A DNA stretch of 61,571 bases, filler included, from Choristocarpus tenellus KU-1152 (taxonomy: Eukaryota > Protista > Phaeophyceae), in NCBI GenBank assembly GCA_964200185.2. It is 12 parts of 12 records of this genome, joined end to end, with 100 filler letters (N's around TTAATTAATTAA, not from the genome) between each part and the next. Parts side by side here need not be neighbours in the genome. Positions count along the whole stretch, not along the records: positions 19,719 to 31,884 come from CAXNAD020001943.1; positions 31,985 to 35,036 come from CAXNAD020022663.1; positions 35,137 to 39,136 come from CAXNAD020016729.1; 9 more parts are not named here. One strand, written 5' to 3'. The notes beneath the pieces are model-generated. The model worked only from the letters and a program-made list of their open reading frames with translations, did not search any database and was not told the DNA's origin. The translations under genes were made by a program, and so were the position numbers. Of this stretch, positions 24,577-35,283 are shown one piece after another (the stretch's first letter is position 1; each line of letters opens with the position of its first letter).

Positions 24577-24883
24577 TAGGTAAAATGTATACGTTATGAA
24601 AAGGTGTTTCTGGAAAAAGGATAGTGACACTTCCTAACAAACGCAATGGCCAAAATGACATCAAAATCGCAACATTGGATTTTGGTCCCCAAACGGATGG
24701 GCTCTACCCTCTAAGATACTTTGACTCTGTGCACGAGGCGGCGATGGTAATCTTGAGAGCCATGTCAGCAATTTTAGATGGTCGCGGCAAAATACCATGC
24801 AGGGTGTAGTGACAACCAGGAATTCTCTCGAAAACGAGTTTGACATCTAGAAGTGGGAACATACTAACTGTGCCAGTACATTT

Positions 24884-25140
24884 GAGTGAAAGTATCTTAG
24901 AGGGTACAAGTTTTGCTCTGTTTGTCCATTTGGGGCTTGACTTCCCATGGGGTTTTTTATGAAATTTTACGACTCCAAAAAGTTTTGGATTATGTAAAAT
25001 GTGTATGTTAAGAAAAGGTGTCTCCAGAACATGGATATTGACACTTCCTTAAAACACAATGGCCAAAATTAAGTCAAAATCGGAACATTGGATTTTGGCC
25101 CCAAACGGACGCGACTCCACCCTCTAAGATAATTTGGCTC
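24884..25140. mobile_element. MITE family 1, full copy inside Copia
   Basis: gagtgaaagtatcttagagggta ... caccctctaagataatttggctc. TSD ATTT. Confidence 0.92.
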
Positions 25141-26877
25141 ATTTCCCACCTGTGTCTGCTGCAGCTTGGCAAGAAAAGAGGTTAAAACCAAGATTTGGGA
25201 CATGAGCGCCATTTTAGAGTAGTATTTCCACTTCCTTATTGTCATGTGAGGGAAACAAGATAGATTCCCCTGACCTGCAATGTGGAAGGAGTTCCGACTG
25301 GCAGTAATTATCCTTTGATTGACTAGACAAGGCTTGTAGTTGGTCATGCATGTTTTCATGTTCGTCATGTGGCATATGGCTGCATTGTCAAAACTCCACT
25401 CTTCTCTTCGTGCACTAACCCCAACACTTGACACCAGACTCTCATTTACCCCACACTTGCCTTGAGCATTGCTGCTCAGAGAGTCTTCAGTGACAGACAG
25501 TAGTCCGTACCACTCATTGTCACCGCTGCCGATCACACTTTCCACAGTAAAGTGAAAAGATTCCGCTTCAGTCTCATCCATTTCTTCCCCAGCTACCACT
25601 GTGGTCATAAACACTGAAGTACATGTTGTAGCATCATGAGCACATCCGCCACACTTGATGCAAATGCGGCTTGGGGAAGCTACCTCCTTGTGTGCATTCT
25701 TCCCACATCACTCACAAGGGATCCTCTCTGAACTGAGCTGGAATGAGAACCATTCTTCTTCATTCCTCCATGAAATTTACGCGCCTTCCACAGCCTTGGT
25801 TGTTGGCCGTTACGATTAGGCTGGTCTTCTTTGTATCTTGAATTTCTGGCTGTTGAACTTCCAGTTGCGAGGGCGTGACTGTTCTTGGTTTTGGATGGAA
25901 TGTTGCTTGACCTTGACAATATTGATGTGAATCTCTCATGGATCGTCTTCCTAAAGTCCGATGGAGACGACGTGCTCCGTAAGAACTCAAGTTCCGTCAG
26001 AGTGAGGAGTGCGTTAGCCCCTTTCTTCACCTTTGAAGAGAAGAATTGCCGAAATAAATCTTGACTGTTGCCCACGGTGTTCAGCAGAAAGCAGTTGTCA
26101 TCACCTGCAAAAAGCTCGCTTGGGCTTAGGTGCGTGCAGCACAGACCCTCCATGGCAGGGGCGACAAGAGCCATGCTGAGCGCATAATATGCTTCCTCAG
26201 TCATTCAAATCTCATTTGTACTAAACCCATCAAGTAGTTCCTCCTGCAATCACTCCTGATTGATCACTCTTGGGGCAGTTAGTGCAGACAAACACCCAAT
26301 GTACTTACAGCAGATCATGAACCGCCTTCTCCAATCACAATAGGTGGAGTTATCCACTAACTTGGGCGGTTGGACCTTTGATCGCCACCTTCTACAGTAG
26401 GGTACAAGATCAATTCCAGACCCTGATAGTGCCAAAGAACCCATTCTCCAGCTGATATCACTCTGAATGCTGAGTCCACCAGGGTTGTCGCCATTTCGGA
26501 AATCTTCACCCACAACGGGTTTGACAGGTCCAACTTCGGCTGGTACAAAGCCAGCCAACAGCCGTGTGCTGGCCACAGCGGCTTGGACAGCGGGATGATC
26601 CCCACCCCCGACTCTATTAACGTTCACCTCTAAAAGATGGTCCCAGTCTATCTTCAGCTATTGTATCACGTTAGATAGGTCCTCCATAGTAAAGGAGAGT
26701 TGCTGATAATGATCTTCAGCAATTGTGTCCTCACTTTGGTCCTTACCATGGACTGGTGTTTCTTCTCCTAGGGAAGACATGACAAGCAGGCAGAAACCTA
26801 GGGTTTCCAATATATTGTGTTAAAGAATCCCCTGCGTCGCATATGAATAGAAGAGAAAATACAGGAGTATAACCAAA

Positions 26878-27116
26878 TGTTATAGAGTGATTATTACCAA
26901 GCAGAGGAGGCAACCATACAACCCCAAAACATTATACTTAATGGGATGAATTCCAATCTATTCATTCATATACAAGAATAACCGTGGATTGACTCCGCAT
27001 GTATACTACTAGGGATATCCTTTACAGTTGGAAAAAAAACAATAAGCCTTACATAGTTCAGGTTTCTTCAAAGAATGTTTGGCGTGTGTGTGTACCATTA
27101 AACCTACTCTCAAACA
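26878..27116 (-). repeat. Putative 5' LTR of the Copia element
   Basis: TG...CA ends with inverted termini tgttatagag / ctctcaaaca. Followed on the minus strand by tttggttata (PBS-like) and the gag ATG near 26780. The second LTR is absent, so this is unconfirmed. Confidence 0.5.
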
Positions 27117-29149
27117 TATAGAACCATGTGAAGCACTATATCAGGAATGACGTATACATTAATGCATGGTTTATGGAAGTCTTTTCTACTTGCTAACTTG
27201 GTGCATATGTGCCAATATGTTCACTCAAAACACAGTGCAATGCTGAAAAAGCAGGGAATCACACCCTCCTTGTGATGTATGCCAAATTTCAAACAATTTT
27301 TCACTAAACTGACCTCTGGGGTGCTCATCACCCTCACCATCCTCCTCGAAGGAATAGAACCAAGGGCAATCAATATACATACAATATACATCCCCACTCC
27401 CACATCCCACTATCTTCCATGATCATACAAGAAAGGCATGTGAGATGCCAGTAGTAACCTGGCAGTGACAAGATATTTTTGTATCAAGAAAAATGGGCGA
27501 AGAGGGGGAAAAGGAAGTCCTGTCTGTTGGGGACTAGGCACACTTACAAAATTACGAGACACAGCAACCCTCAAGGGGCTTGTGCTTGATACGATGCTAC
27601 ACTACAAATGCTTTGCCTCTTGTCTACACAGGAGACGGACTCCAACACCATACTGTAGTTTCGAGGCCTTCATTCCCAATGTATCTCGGGCGTTAAAGGC
27701 ATAAATAACTTGGAGGTCTCAGTATTGAGGTGGGAGATGGCCGAGCAGGGTTGGCCGTCAATGAAAAACTATCGCAAAAACACATCTGGTTCACACAAAA
27801 TGGAGCCAAACAAAAAATCCTTTGAGTTCGTACAGGCCAACGAATTGCATGTATGTTCAAAACCTCAAAGTGGCAAGCATGTAAGCACCTTTGTCCTCAC
27901 AAGGTCCTCCATCCCCTCTTGCCCTTGACAATCGTGCGGGAGGACCTTTCCACTCCCATCATCCTCCTACAGGTCACAGGATTCACCATGCAACTACGGA
28001 ATAGACTACCGCAACAAAGGGAAGGTATAGGTCTAGGCAGGAATACGAATCGTACAATGGAGCTTCAATTGGACCTTCAAAAATCATCTATCCATATGGG
28101 TACAGATGATGGAAGTTGCCTGTGTTGTGTACTATTCTCAGCATGGATTGGGAGATCGGCGGAGGGAGAGTTCTTCCCGCACCCCATCGTGTGTTCCCTG
28201 AGTGAGCTGTAAAGCTGGCTTTAACTTGTCACAGGACACTTATTTCTTTTGACCTCTCAAGCCGCACCCATGCTCAGGGAACTGACTTCATACAGGGCAT
28301 CCGCTTGGCCATAAACAGAAATGCAAGGAAATATAGGTTTAGGAATTTTCGTATTCACTGACTATGCTGTTAGAGTTTCCCACCCTAGACTTACTTAGTA
28401 CAGATGGACGCTTTTTGAAAACGTAAAATATTTTCACACATTAGTTTGAAGTATGATGCAGTGGGATGAATGAAGAAGAAACGATGGGCAGAGATTGTCA
28501 AGGAGAAGGAAGCAAGAAACAGTACAACCAAACCCAAGCTCAGAAAGGCAATGCAATAGCGAACAAAAAGAAATAGAACCTCTGTGAGGTGAAAAAATGT
28601 AGGTCCATCAATCAAGCCCACAGAAACAAGAAAATAACAAACGGAAAGAACAGTAAAACACAAGGATCAGCTGGAGTATCAAGGACCATAATTGGTTCAA
28701 AAAGGGGCACATATCCACATGCACTTCAGACCATCTAGGCTAAGTCCTTACACCTTCTAGATGCAACCTACTATCATCAACAAGAACGGAATATCAGGTT
28801 AGGCAAAGGAAACCAGTCCCCTTCCCCTCCAAAGAAGAAAATAAACAAAAGAGAAGAATCTTACCAGACATGATCACAGGAGGTTTGTGGCCAAGGACAC
28901 TTTCGCGTGGAAGGTTGTGGCTGCTTCAACCTCCGCGGTATGCCAGGTGTCCATGAAGTACTTAGCTTCATCCTCCTTACATCTGTGCCAACTGTTTGAG
29001 TCTTCTGGAAGAGAACCCACCTGACTCGCTGCGATGTCAAAAGCCTTGAGGTAATCTTGGAGGCACCATCTCCAATTTTCTTTGGATCTCCCTTCTCTCC
29101 CTTTGGTTTCTGAGCATTAAATTCTCCAAGCATGAAGTTCTTGGGCAAG

Positions 29150-30720
29150 TGATCATTCCATTCACGACACGAAACCTGCAGCTGCTTCTCAACAATAGCA
29201 GCCTCCTTTTGCGGATACTGGCCTCAACATATTAAAATCTACTTCTCTTAAGAGCTTTTGCTGTACAAGGGGTGGTTCGTACTTTGTGTTTGTGGAACCC
29301 AATGCAGCACTACTGGAGGAATTTGCAGTGGTAACACTGGAGTTAGGGTGTAATGGTCCACTTTTAGAGTCTACGTCATGGAACCATACAGCAGAGTGTC
29401 GAGCACTTCGCCTCTGATAATTTGAATCTTTAGCTCAAGTGCTGCACTTACTGCTCGGTGGTATAACTCTTTGTTGTACTTTACTTCTTGAAGCGCCCGC
29501 ATATGTTCTGGATACGGATTTGGATCTCGATCTTGATATCAGCATCATCATTGCGTGAGCCTCCGAGAACGACAAACTTGACAGTCTTCTGATATAATTG
29601 TCCTCCAGTTTCAATATTCGTTTCCTGTGCTGACCTGTTGGATACCCGGAGGAACATCGTCGCCGCCTTCTTCTCCGACACGTTCAGTCCAATACCTTGC
29701 ACACTGTTGTGACGATGATGGCCATCAGTTTAGCCAAACTCTTTTGAATCGTTTAAATAACACCTGTATCATCAGCATACATTTCATACCACAGTCCCAA
29801 AGAAATGTGAAGGTGTCTCTTGGTGTCCTCCCACAAGTCTAAAGGCCTTGTATTTCTCCTTCGCTCTCGTGATATAGACAAAATCTTGGTGAGGGATATC
29901 CCTTTCATTGCAGTACTCCTCCAGTACAATGACAAACAATACAGTAAAGAAGGGATTAAACAGCAACGGGGCGAGAATGCACCTTTGACGAGGCCTTGTT
30001 CAAGATTCAACCAGTGTGAGCATTCCCCATCGTCCATTTGCACACAGCCCCATCCCCACACACAATTGACCAATGATGGAAAAATTTGAAAACATGAATT
30101 CATGGTAGGGTTAGGGTTTTCACCAACCCAATGTTGGTCGAGTCCTACTCACTGGACGCACAAGCAAGTCCAAGACTTCAAGGGGGTCGGTGAATGGGTG
30201 TTTGAGATCGCAGCGGAAGAAGAAGAAGTTGGAGTGCTCTTGGTAGCAGGGTGAAGATGAGGTAATGCCTTCTGTTGATAGCGTTGTTAAAGAAGGATGT
30301 CCAGTCAGCTTTCTTTTTCTCTATTGCTTCTACCATCGCACACCACTCTCCACCAAGCGTCCATAGCTGCTTTCTGTACTCCAGTACGGCTCATGTCTAC
30401 TTTTATACCCTCCTTGATGCTATTAGTTTCGGAAAATGGCAGAATGTTTACTCTATTAGGCCTCCAACTTTCATCCTCTAAGCCCCAAGCACTTCTCACC
30501 TACATCCTATCCATCCTCGCGAATTGCATATCTATGAGAGGTATTGGTGGCACTGTGGTCCTTGTTGGAAGTACGCTTGTTGGAGCCATGTTGCTGTTTG
30601 GTCCGAACTTTGGGGTGCCTAGTTGTAAGACACCATTCCAACTGCGAAGCTATTTCATAACCTTCCACATTTTCCCCATCTTGATCCTTTGGCTCAGGTT
30701 TCTTCATGTCATACGACCTA
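29150..30720 (-). mobile_element. RTE-like LINE remnant (RT and C-terminal region), decayed
   Basis: DDGECSHWLNLEQGL, LFNPFF, MYADDTGVI, GLNVSEKK, KFVVLGG, DIKIEIQIRIQN and ELKIQIIRGEVLDTLLYG occur in broken frames. The upstream limit is approximate. Confidence 0.75.
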
Positions 30721-31984
30721 TTATGTCGGTTCTTCCTGAGGTGACTCGTCCGGATCGAAAGGTATTTCTCTCTGAGTTAGTGACTTGTTCATTTTTTATC
30801 CTGAGTGTCATCGGTCCTATGCTAGGTACCGATTTTGGTACCTGCCCGTCCTCAACACTCGATGGGCACCGTGAGAGACAGAGGAATGCCAATGATATGA
30901 GCTGGTTGAATAACAAAACTAAAACCGCTACTTCTATCCCCACAAGACCAATTTTAGTGTTAACAAATCCATGTGGAAAACCATTCATTACATTTTGGGG
31001 GTAATGCTTCGGATATCACAGACTTCGCCAGAATACGCTGACCAAGATGTTGACTCTCGTCTCCTCCAATAACAGGTCGATCTCAACACCAAGCTAATGT
31101 GGACAATGTACGCTATGATTCTATTCTTATGGGCTGGTCACTTCCCTCTCTACGGGGCGCAAACAACCCAGACCAGTGACCCCCTCAGCTCTTTGCGCAT
31201 GGTGCTTGCGTCCCGACGGGGAACCCTGATGGAGCTTGGTGAGTATGGCCAAGACGGTTATTGTTTCAACTACTGATTAAATATCTTGCCTGTGGTTGCC
31301 CCTGGGTTGTGTCGAGGTCTCTATCATTGTAGTATGTATCATCACAGGAATGTTGGTGTCCAACCTAAGAACTCATGCTAATCGGGTTTTGTTGTTTGTA
31401 TGATTTCTACCATTTTCCCTTGTGTTCTTACCTTTAGGAATTCATGAAGGAATGAAGTTGCATAAAGGTTGGATGGGTGGGTGTTGGCTGTTGCGATTCA
31501 AATTGGAAGACATCAATTTGCCCAGTTCCAGGTGTGTTAAAGGAAGGCTGTTAGTGTGTAGACTCACAGGTCAAGCTACAGTAACAAACCATTTACATCC
31601 CTCACCTCAATACTGCAAGGATAGAGTACACTACTCAAATAACAAACTTTTCTCCATGCTTTGGTTGCTGACTGACGCCAGGACGCCAACTCTCACGGTC
31701 ATTTGTCAATGTCAACATTGCTTGTACCACTTGGTCCCCCCCTCCTCCCCCCCTCCCATTTGCATGTGCATACTCTCAATGATATTTCCTTGTGCTATGT
31801 CTAACGGACTTTGGCGTCTCTAAAAGGCATTGCACCCATTGTCACATCTTCCTTGGTAATGCGAATGATGGCTAATTTACGCCTNNNNNNNNNNNNNNNN
31901 NNNNNNNNNNNNNNNNNNNNNNNNNNNNTTAATTAATTAANNNNNNNNNNNNNNNNNNNNNNNNNNNNNNNNNNNNNNNNNNNN

Positions 31985-32126
31985 GGACACACCATTTCAT
32001 AACATACACATATTACCTACTCCGAAACATTTTGGAGTAGGCAAAATATCATAAAAACCCCATGGGAAACCAAGCCCCAAATGAACAAACAGGGCAAACC
32101 TCGTACCCTCTAAGATACTTTCACTC
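31985..32126. mobile_element. MITE family 1, half copy at contig start
   Basis: Contains the internal palindrome and the terminal taccctctaagatactttcactc. Confidence 0.9.
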
Positions 32127-32209
32127 GAAAGTGCGCACCTTGTTGATCGTAAGAACATAATGTAGCGATGAATGTCCCACGTCCTAGTCAACTCACTGGC
32201 ATCTACGAC

Positions 32210-33030
32210 TGTTCTAGACTAATACATGCACAATACACGATTGAGCCCTTACGGAACCCATCCAGATTAGCCTCTACCAGATTACGCAAGACAATGATGA
32301 GGAGGGTATATGACCATTTTTGGGGCAATGGGTTGATCCTTGACTAGGGGTGGGAAGTTGGACCTGAGAATAAAGGTACGGCACAGACAGTGGAGGGAGG
32401 TGATCCCCAACAACCTTTCCAAGGTAAGAGAAGTCCAAGAACATAGAGAAAAGGGGGGGGGTAGACCTATGAAACTTGTAATAAAAACCAGCGGAAACGG
32501 TGTCAAAGCATTAAGTGTAAAATATTCCATCTCAAAGTGAAAAAATAAATGTGAGAAAAAAATAAAGGAAACTAAAAGGGGAGTCTAAAGTCAAACATGT
32601 AAGGAGTGTCTGGGTAGCCAAGATTTGGGATACTAAGAATGTTCTAGACTAATACATATATGTTACATACTCGAGTCCTTACGAAACCCATCCATACTAG
32701 TCCCTACCAGATTACGTAAGGCAAGGCGGAGGAGGGTGCAGCGACAACATTTGATCAATGGGTTGAGCCCTAAATAGGGTTGGGAATGTGGTCTCAAGAA
32801 TACAGGTATGTCACAGACATTGGATGGGGGGGATCCCCAACAGCCTTCTAAGGTAAGAGAAGTTCAAGAACGTACAGGGGGGTGGGGGGGGGGATAGACT
32901 TACGAAATTACTAATCAAAAACCAGCTGAAGCCCGTCAAAGCATCCAGTGTTACAGATCACACCCCAAACCAAGAGTTCAGTGTCAGAAATACAAGGAAT
33001 GTGTGGGTAGCCAAGAATTGGGGCACTAAG
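32210..33030. repeat. Diverged tandem duplication (~430 bp and ~390 bp units)
   Basis: tgttctagactaatacat at 32210 and 32640. Shared blocks ctaccagattacg, aaggtaagagaagt and gggtagccaaga. Confidence 0.8.
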
Positions 33031-34669
33031 TGTGAGGAGGCATAGCCGTAAGTGATAGAACCCTAAAACAACGTTAATGGACTTTATGCAGGCGTAATAT
33101 ACCATACCCCAAGGATAGTTCACTAGAAACTAGGTGACTTGGGCACATGAATTTTTACCACAAATCTATATAGGAGGTTAAGGTGGGTTATAGATCCCGC
33201 GAGTCTGCCCTGGAGTTTTATTTTGGCGGCTGGCCTAACCGTTGGGAGTACGCCAGGAGGGGGGCTGCTTGGGTAGATTAGCGGGAAGGGGGGGGGTCTG
33301 AGGGGATAGACATAGACCAGGGATTAGATTATCAGGGGAAGGATAGTGGTGCAAAGTATGACAGCCCATGAGGGTGGTCAGAAAGTACAGAGTGCGTCAA
33401 GAAGGATATCAATGGAAGAGGGATGAAAAGAGAGGGGGAGAGTATACCAATCATCGTGCTAGAATAGTTGGGGAAGGTAGGGAATGCAGAGGTAGGGATA
33501 CCAAAGATAGGGAAAAAATAAAGGAGGATCAAGTACTATGAAGATGAGACACCAAGTCTGCAGTGCATTGGTTTGTAGGGGGCGGGGGGGGGGACAAGAG
33601 ATGAGAGGGCGGGAGAAGTGATGAGGAGGGGCAAGATAGAGGTAGCGAGGGAACGATCATTTGCAGCAGAATACGATAGAAGAATGATTAGATAGATGGA
33701 ATATCAGGATTGGAAAAGGAACTCACTCAATCTAACCTTCAACGTGCTGATCCATAGGTTGAGTGGCAGGAACAGACCATAGGTTAGTCAGCCTAAAAGG
33801 AGGAGACCCCTGACATGGAGAATGATTGTAGAAATATTGCACTGTACAATAGTGTTAGGGAGGGTAAATTTGACTAGGGTAGGATTGGGTTCATTTTTCG
33901 TTTTCTTAGCAAGAGCCTCGGAGCTTTGGGTGTATGATGAGGGGAGGGGGGGGGTGCACGGAGATTTACGGTGAGGAGAAACGTAGTATAGAGGAAAGGC
34001 GTAGAAAGACTAGGGTGGGAGGATAGGCACAAAGCAGAAAATGTCGAGGTGATATTCAGGGGGTCAAAGAGGGACCAGGGCAGGAAGAGAACATTGTTGA
34101 CAAGAGTCAGAGTGGAGAAGGGAAGAGGGGAAGGGAGTAGGGGGGGGTTCTGAGGTGGTACTAGCAATTATGGAAGGTTTCCCAGAGCTACCCCCTGATG
34201 CCTCACTGATGACATTGAGGGAGGGAGAGAGGGGGAGGGTAGTGATGAGGGTGCAAGCAACATGTAGCCTGAGAAGAATAGCAAAAGTGCTAAAGTTGAA
34301 ACCCAGAAGAATATGCTCTACATTGAGGGAGGATACGGGGAGCCACCAGGCGGGCAACCTGGGGAGTTTTAGAGATGGTAATTCAGAGGGAGGAGAGATG
34401 GAAGTTGAGTGCGTTCATGGTGTATATCAAGGCCAACCAGAGGGACTCAGTGTGGGTTTCGATCGGTCTGGCAGAGAGTAGTAAGGATTGGGTTCAACCA
34501 GGGCAGGACTTAAAGTCTGATCTAGAAGAAATCGACCCCAAAGGGGAGGGGAGGTCAAGTTCGGGCGGGGTAGATGTCTTCTAGCTCAAAGGCACGGTAT
34601 GAAGAGGGTGATGAAGGGGGGTTCTTGGATGATTGTGTAGTGGTGTTGAGTGGTGTTGAATGGTGTGGT

Positions 34670-34785
34670 GGAGTGGTAAGTGGGGTGAGGTTGACTGGGG
34701 TGGTAACTGGTGTGGGGTTGACTGCAGTGATAAGTGGGGTGGGGTTGACTGGAGTGGTAACTGGAGTGGGGTTGAGTGGGGTTGA
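34670..34785. repeat. 27-bp minisatellite, ~4 copies
   Basis: Unit is approximately gtggggttgactggagtggtaactgga (reads VNPTPVTTP on the minus strand). Confidence 0.85.
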
Positions 34786-34807
34786 ATAGGGTTGAAAGGG
34801 GTGGTAG

Positions 34808-35036
34808 AGACCAGATATCAGTGGCGAAAGGGGTCGCACTGGTTGGACATCGGATAGGGAGGGTGACTGGAAATCAGGGGCGAAGGGGTCGCCCTGGTTG
34901 GTCATCGGATGTGGGGGGTGACAAAAAATCAGTGACGAAGGGGTTTCGCCCTGGTTGGTCATCAGATGTGAGGGTGACTGGAAATCAGGGGCGAAGGGGG
35001 TTCGCCCTGTTTGGCCATCAGATGTGGGGGTGACTG
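34808..35036. repeat. ~55-bp tandem repeat, at least 4 copies, runs into contig end
   Basis: Unit is approximately gtgactggaaatcaggggcgaaggggtcgccctggttggtcatcggatgtgggg. Confidence 0.88.
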
Positions 35037-35283
35037 NNNNNNNNNNNNNNNNNNNNNNNNNNNNNNNNNNNNNNNNNNNNTTAATTAATTAANNNNNNNN
35101 NNNNNNNNNNNNNNNNNNNNNNNNNNNNNNNNNNNNCTGTTGAACAAAGTAGCAGCGTCGCAAGCCCATCATCAATACCAGAAGCGAGTCGTTTCAGGTT
35201 TTCCGCTTCGGAAATACCATCTGGTCTTGTCATTACAGGTTGGGGGAGAGGAAATTTTACCACTCTTGTTTTCCAAATGACAT

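Larger units (their letters stand above)
22332..24727. mobile_element. MITE family 1, split in two (22332-22439 and 24577-24727) by a nested element
   Basis: The halves rejoin to the consensus ...ggagTAggtaaaatg. 3-bp TSD TGT. Confidence 0.9.
19757..27116 (-). mobile_element. Ty1/Copia LTR retrotransposon, decayed, 3'-truncated, carrying nested insertions
   Basis: Order is gag (CIKCGGCAHDATTC knuckle ~25620-25665), protease (EEWSFDNAAICHMT), GAG-pre-integrase (HFHCAY...CPGCSMSK), integrase (VFVDLS, RVRSDNEGEF, PQSYVVAER) and RT (AIGSKWVFKWK, DVEQAFV, SLCGLKQASRTWN, AVHVNDI). Integrase before RT indicates Copia. Confidence 0.92.

Noticed and set aside
27120-28400. Decayed coding-like sequence next to the Copia LTR
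   Set aside because: No diagnostic motif was found in any frame.
30297-31004. 235-aa hydrophobic ORF
   Set aside because: It lies antisense to the decayed RTE-like LINE and is likely a shadow ORF.
34808-35036. CRISPR-like array (hairpin-containing repeats)
   Set aside because: Units are contiguous with no unique spacers, there are no cas genes, and the context is eukaryotic.
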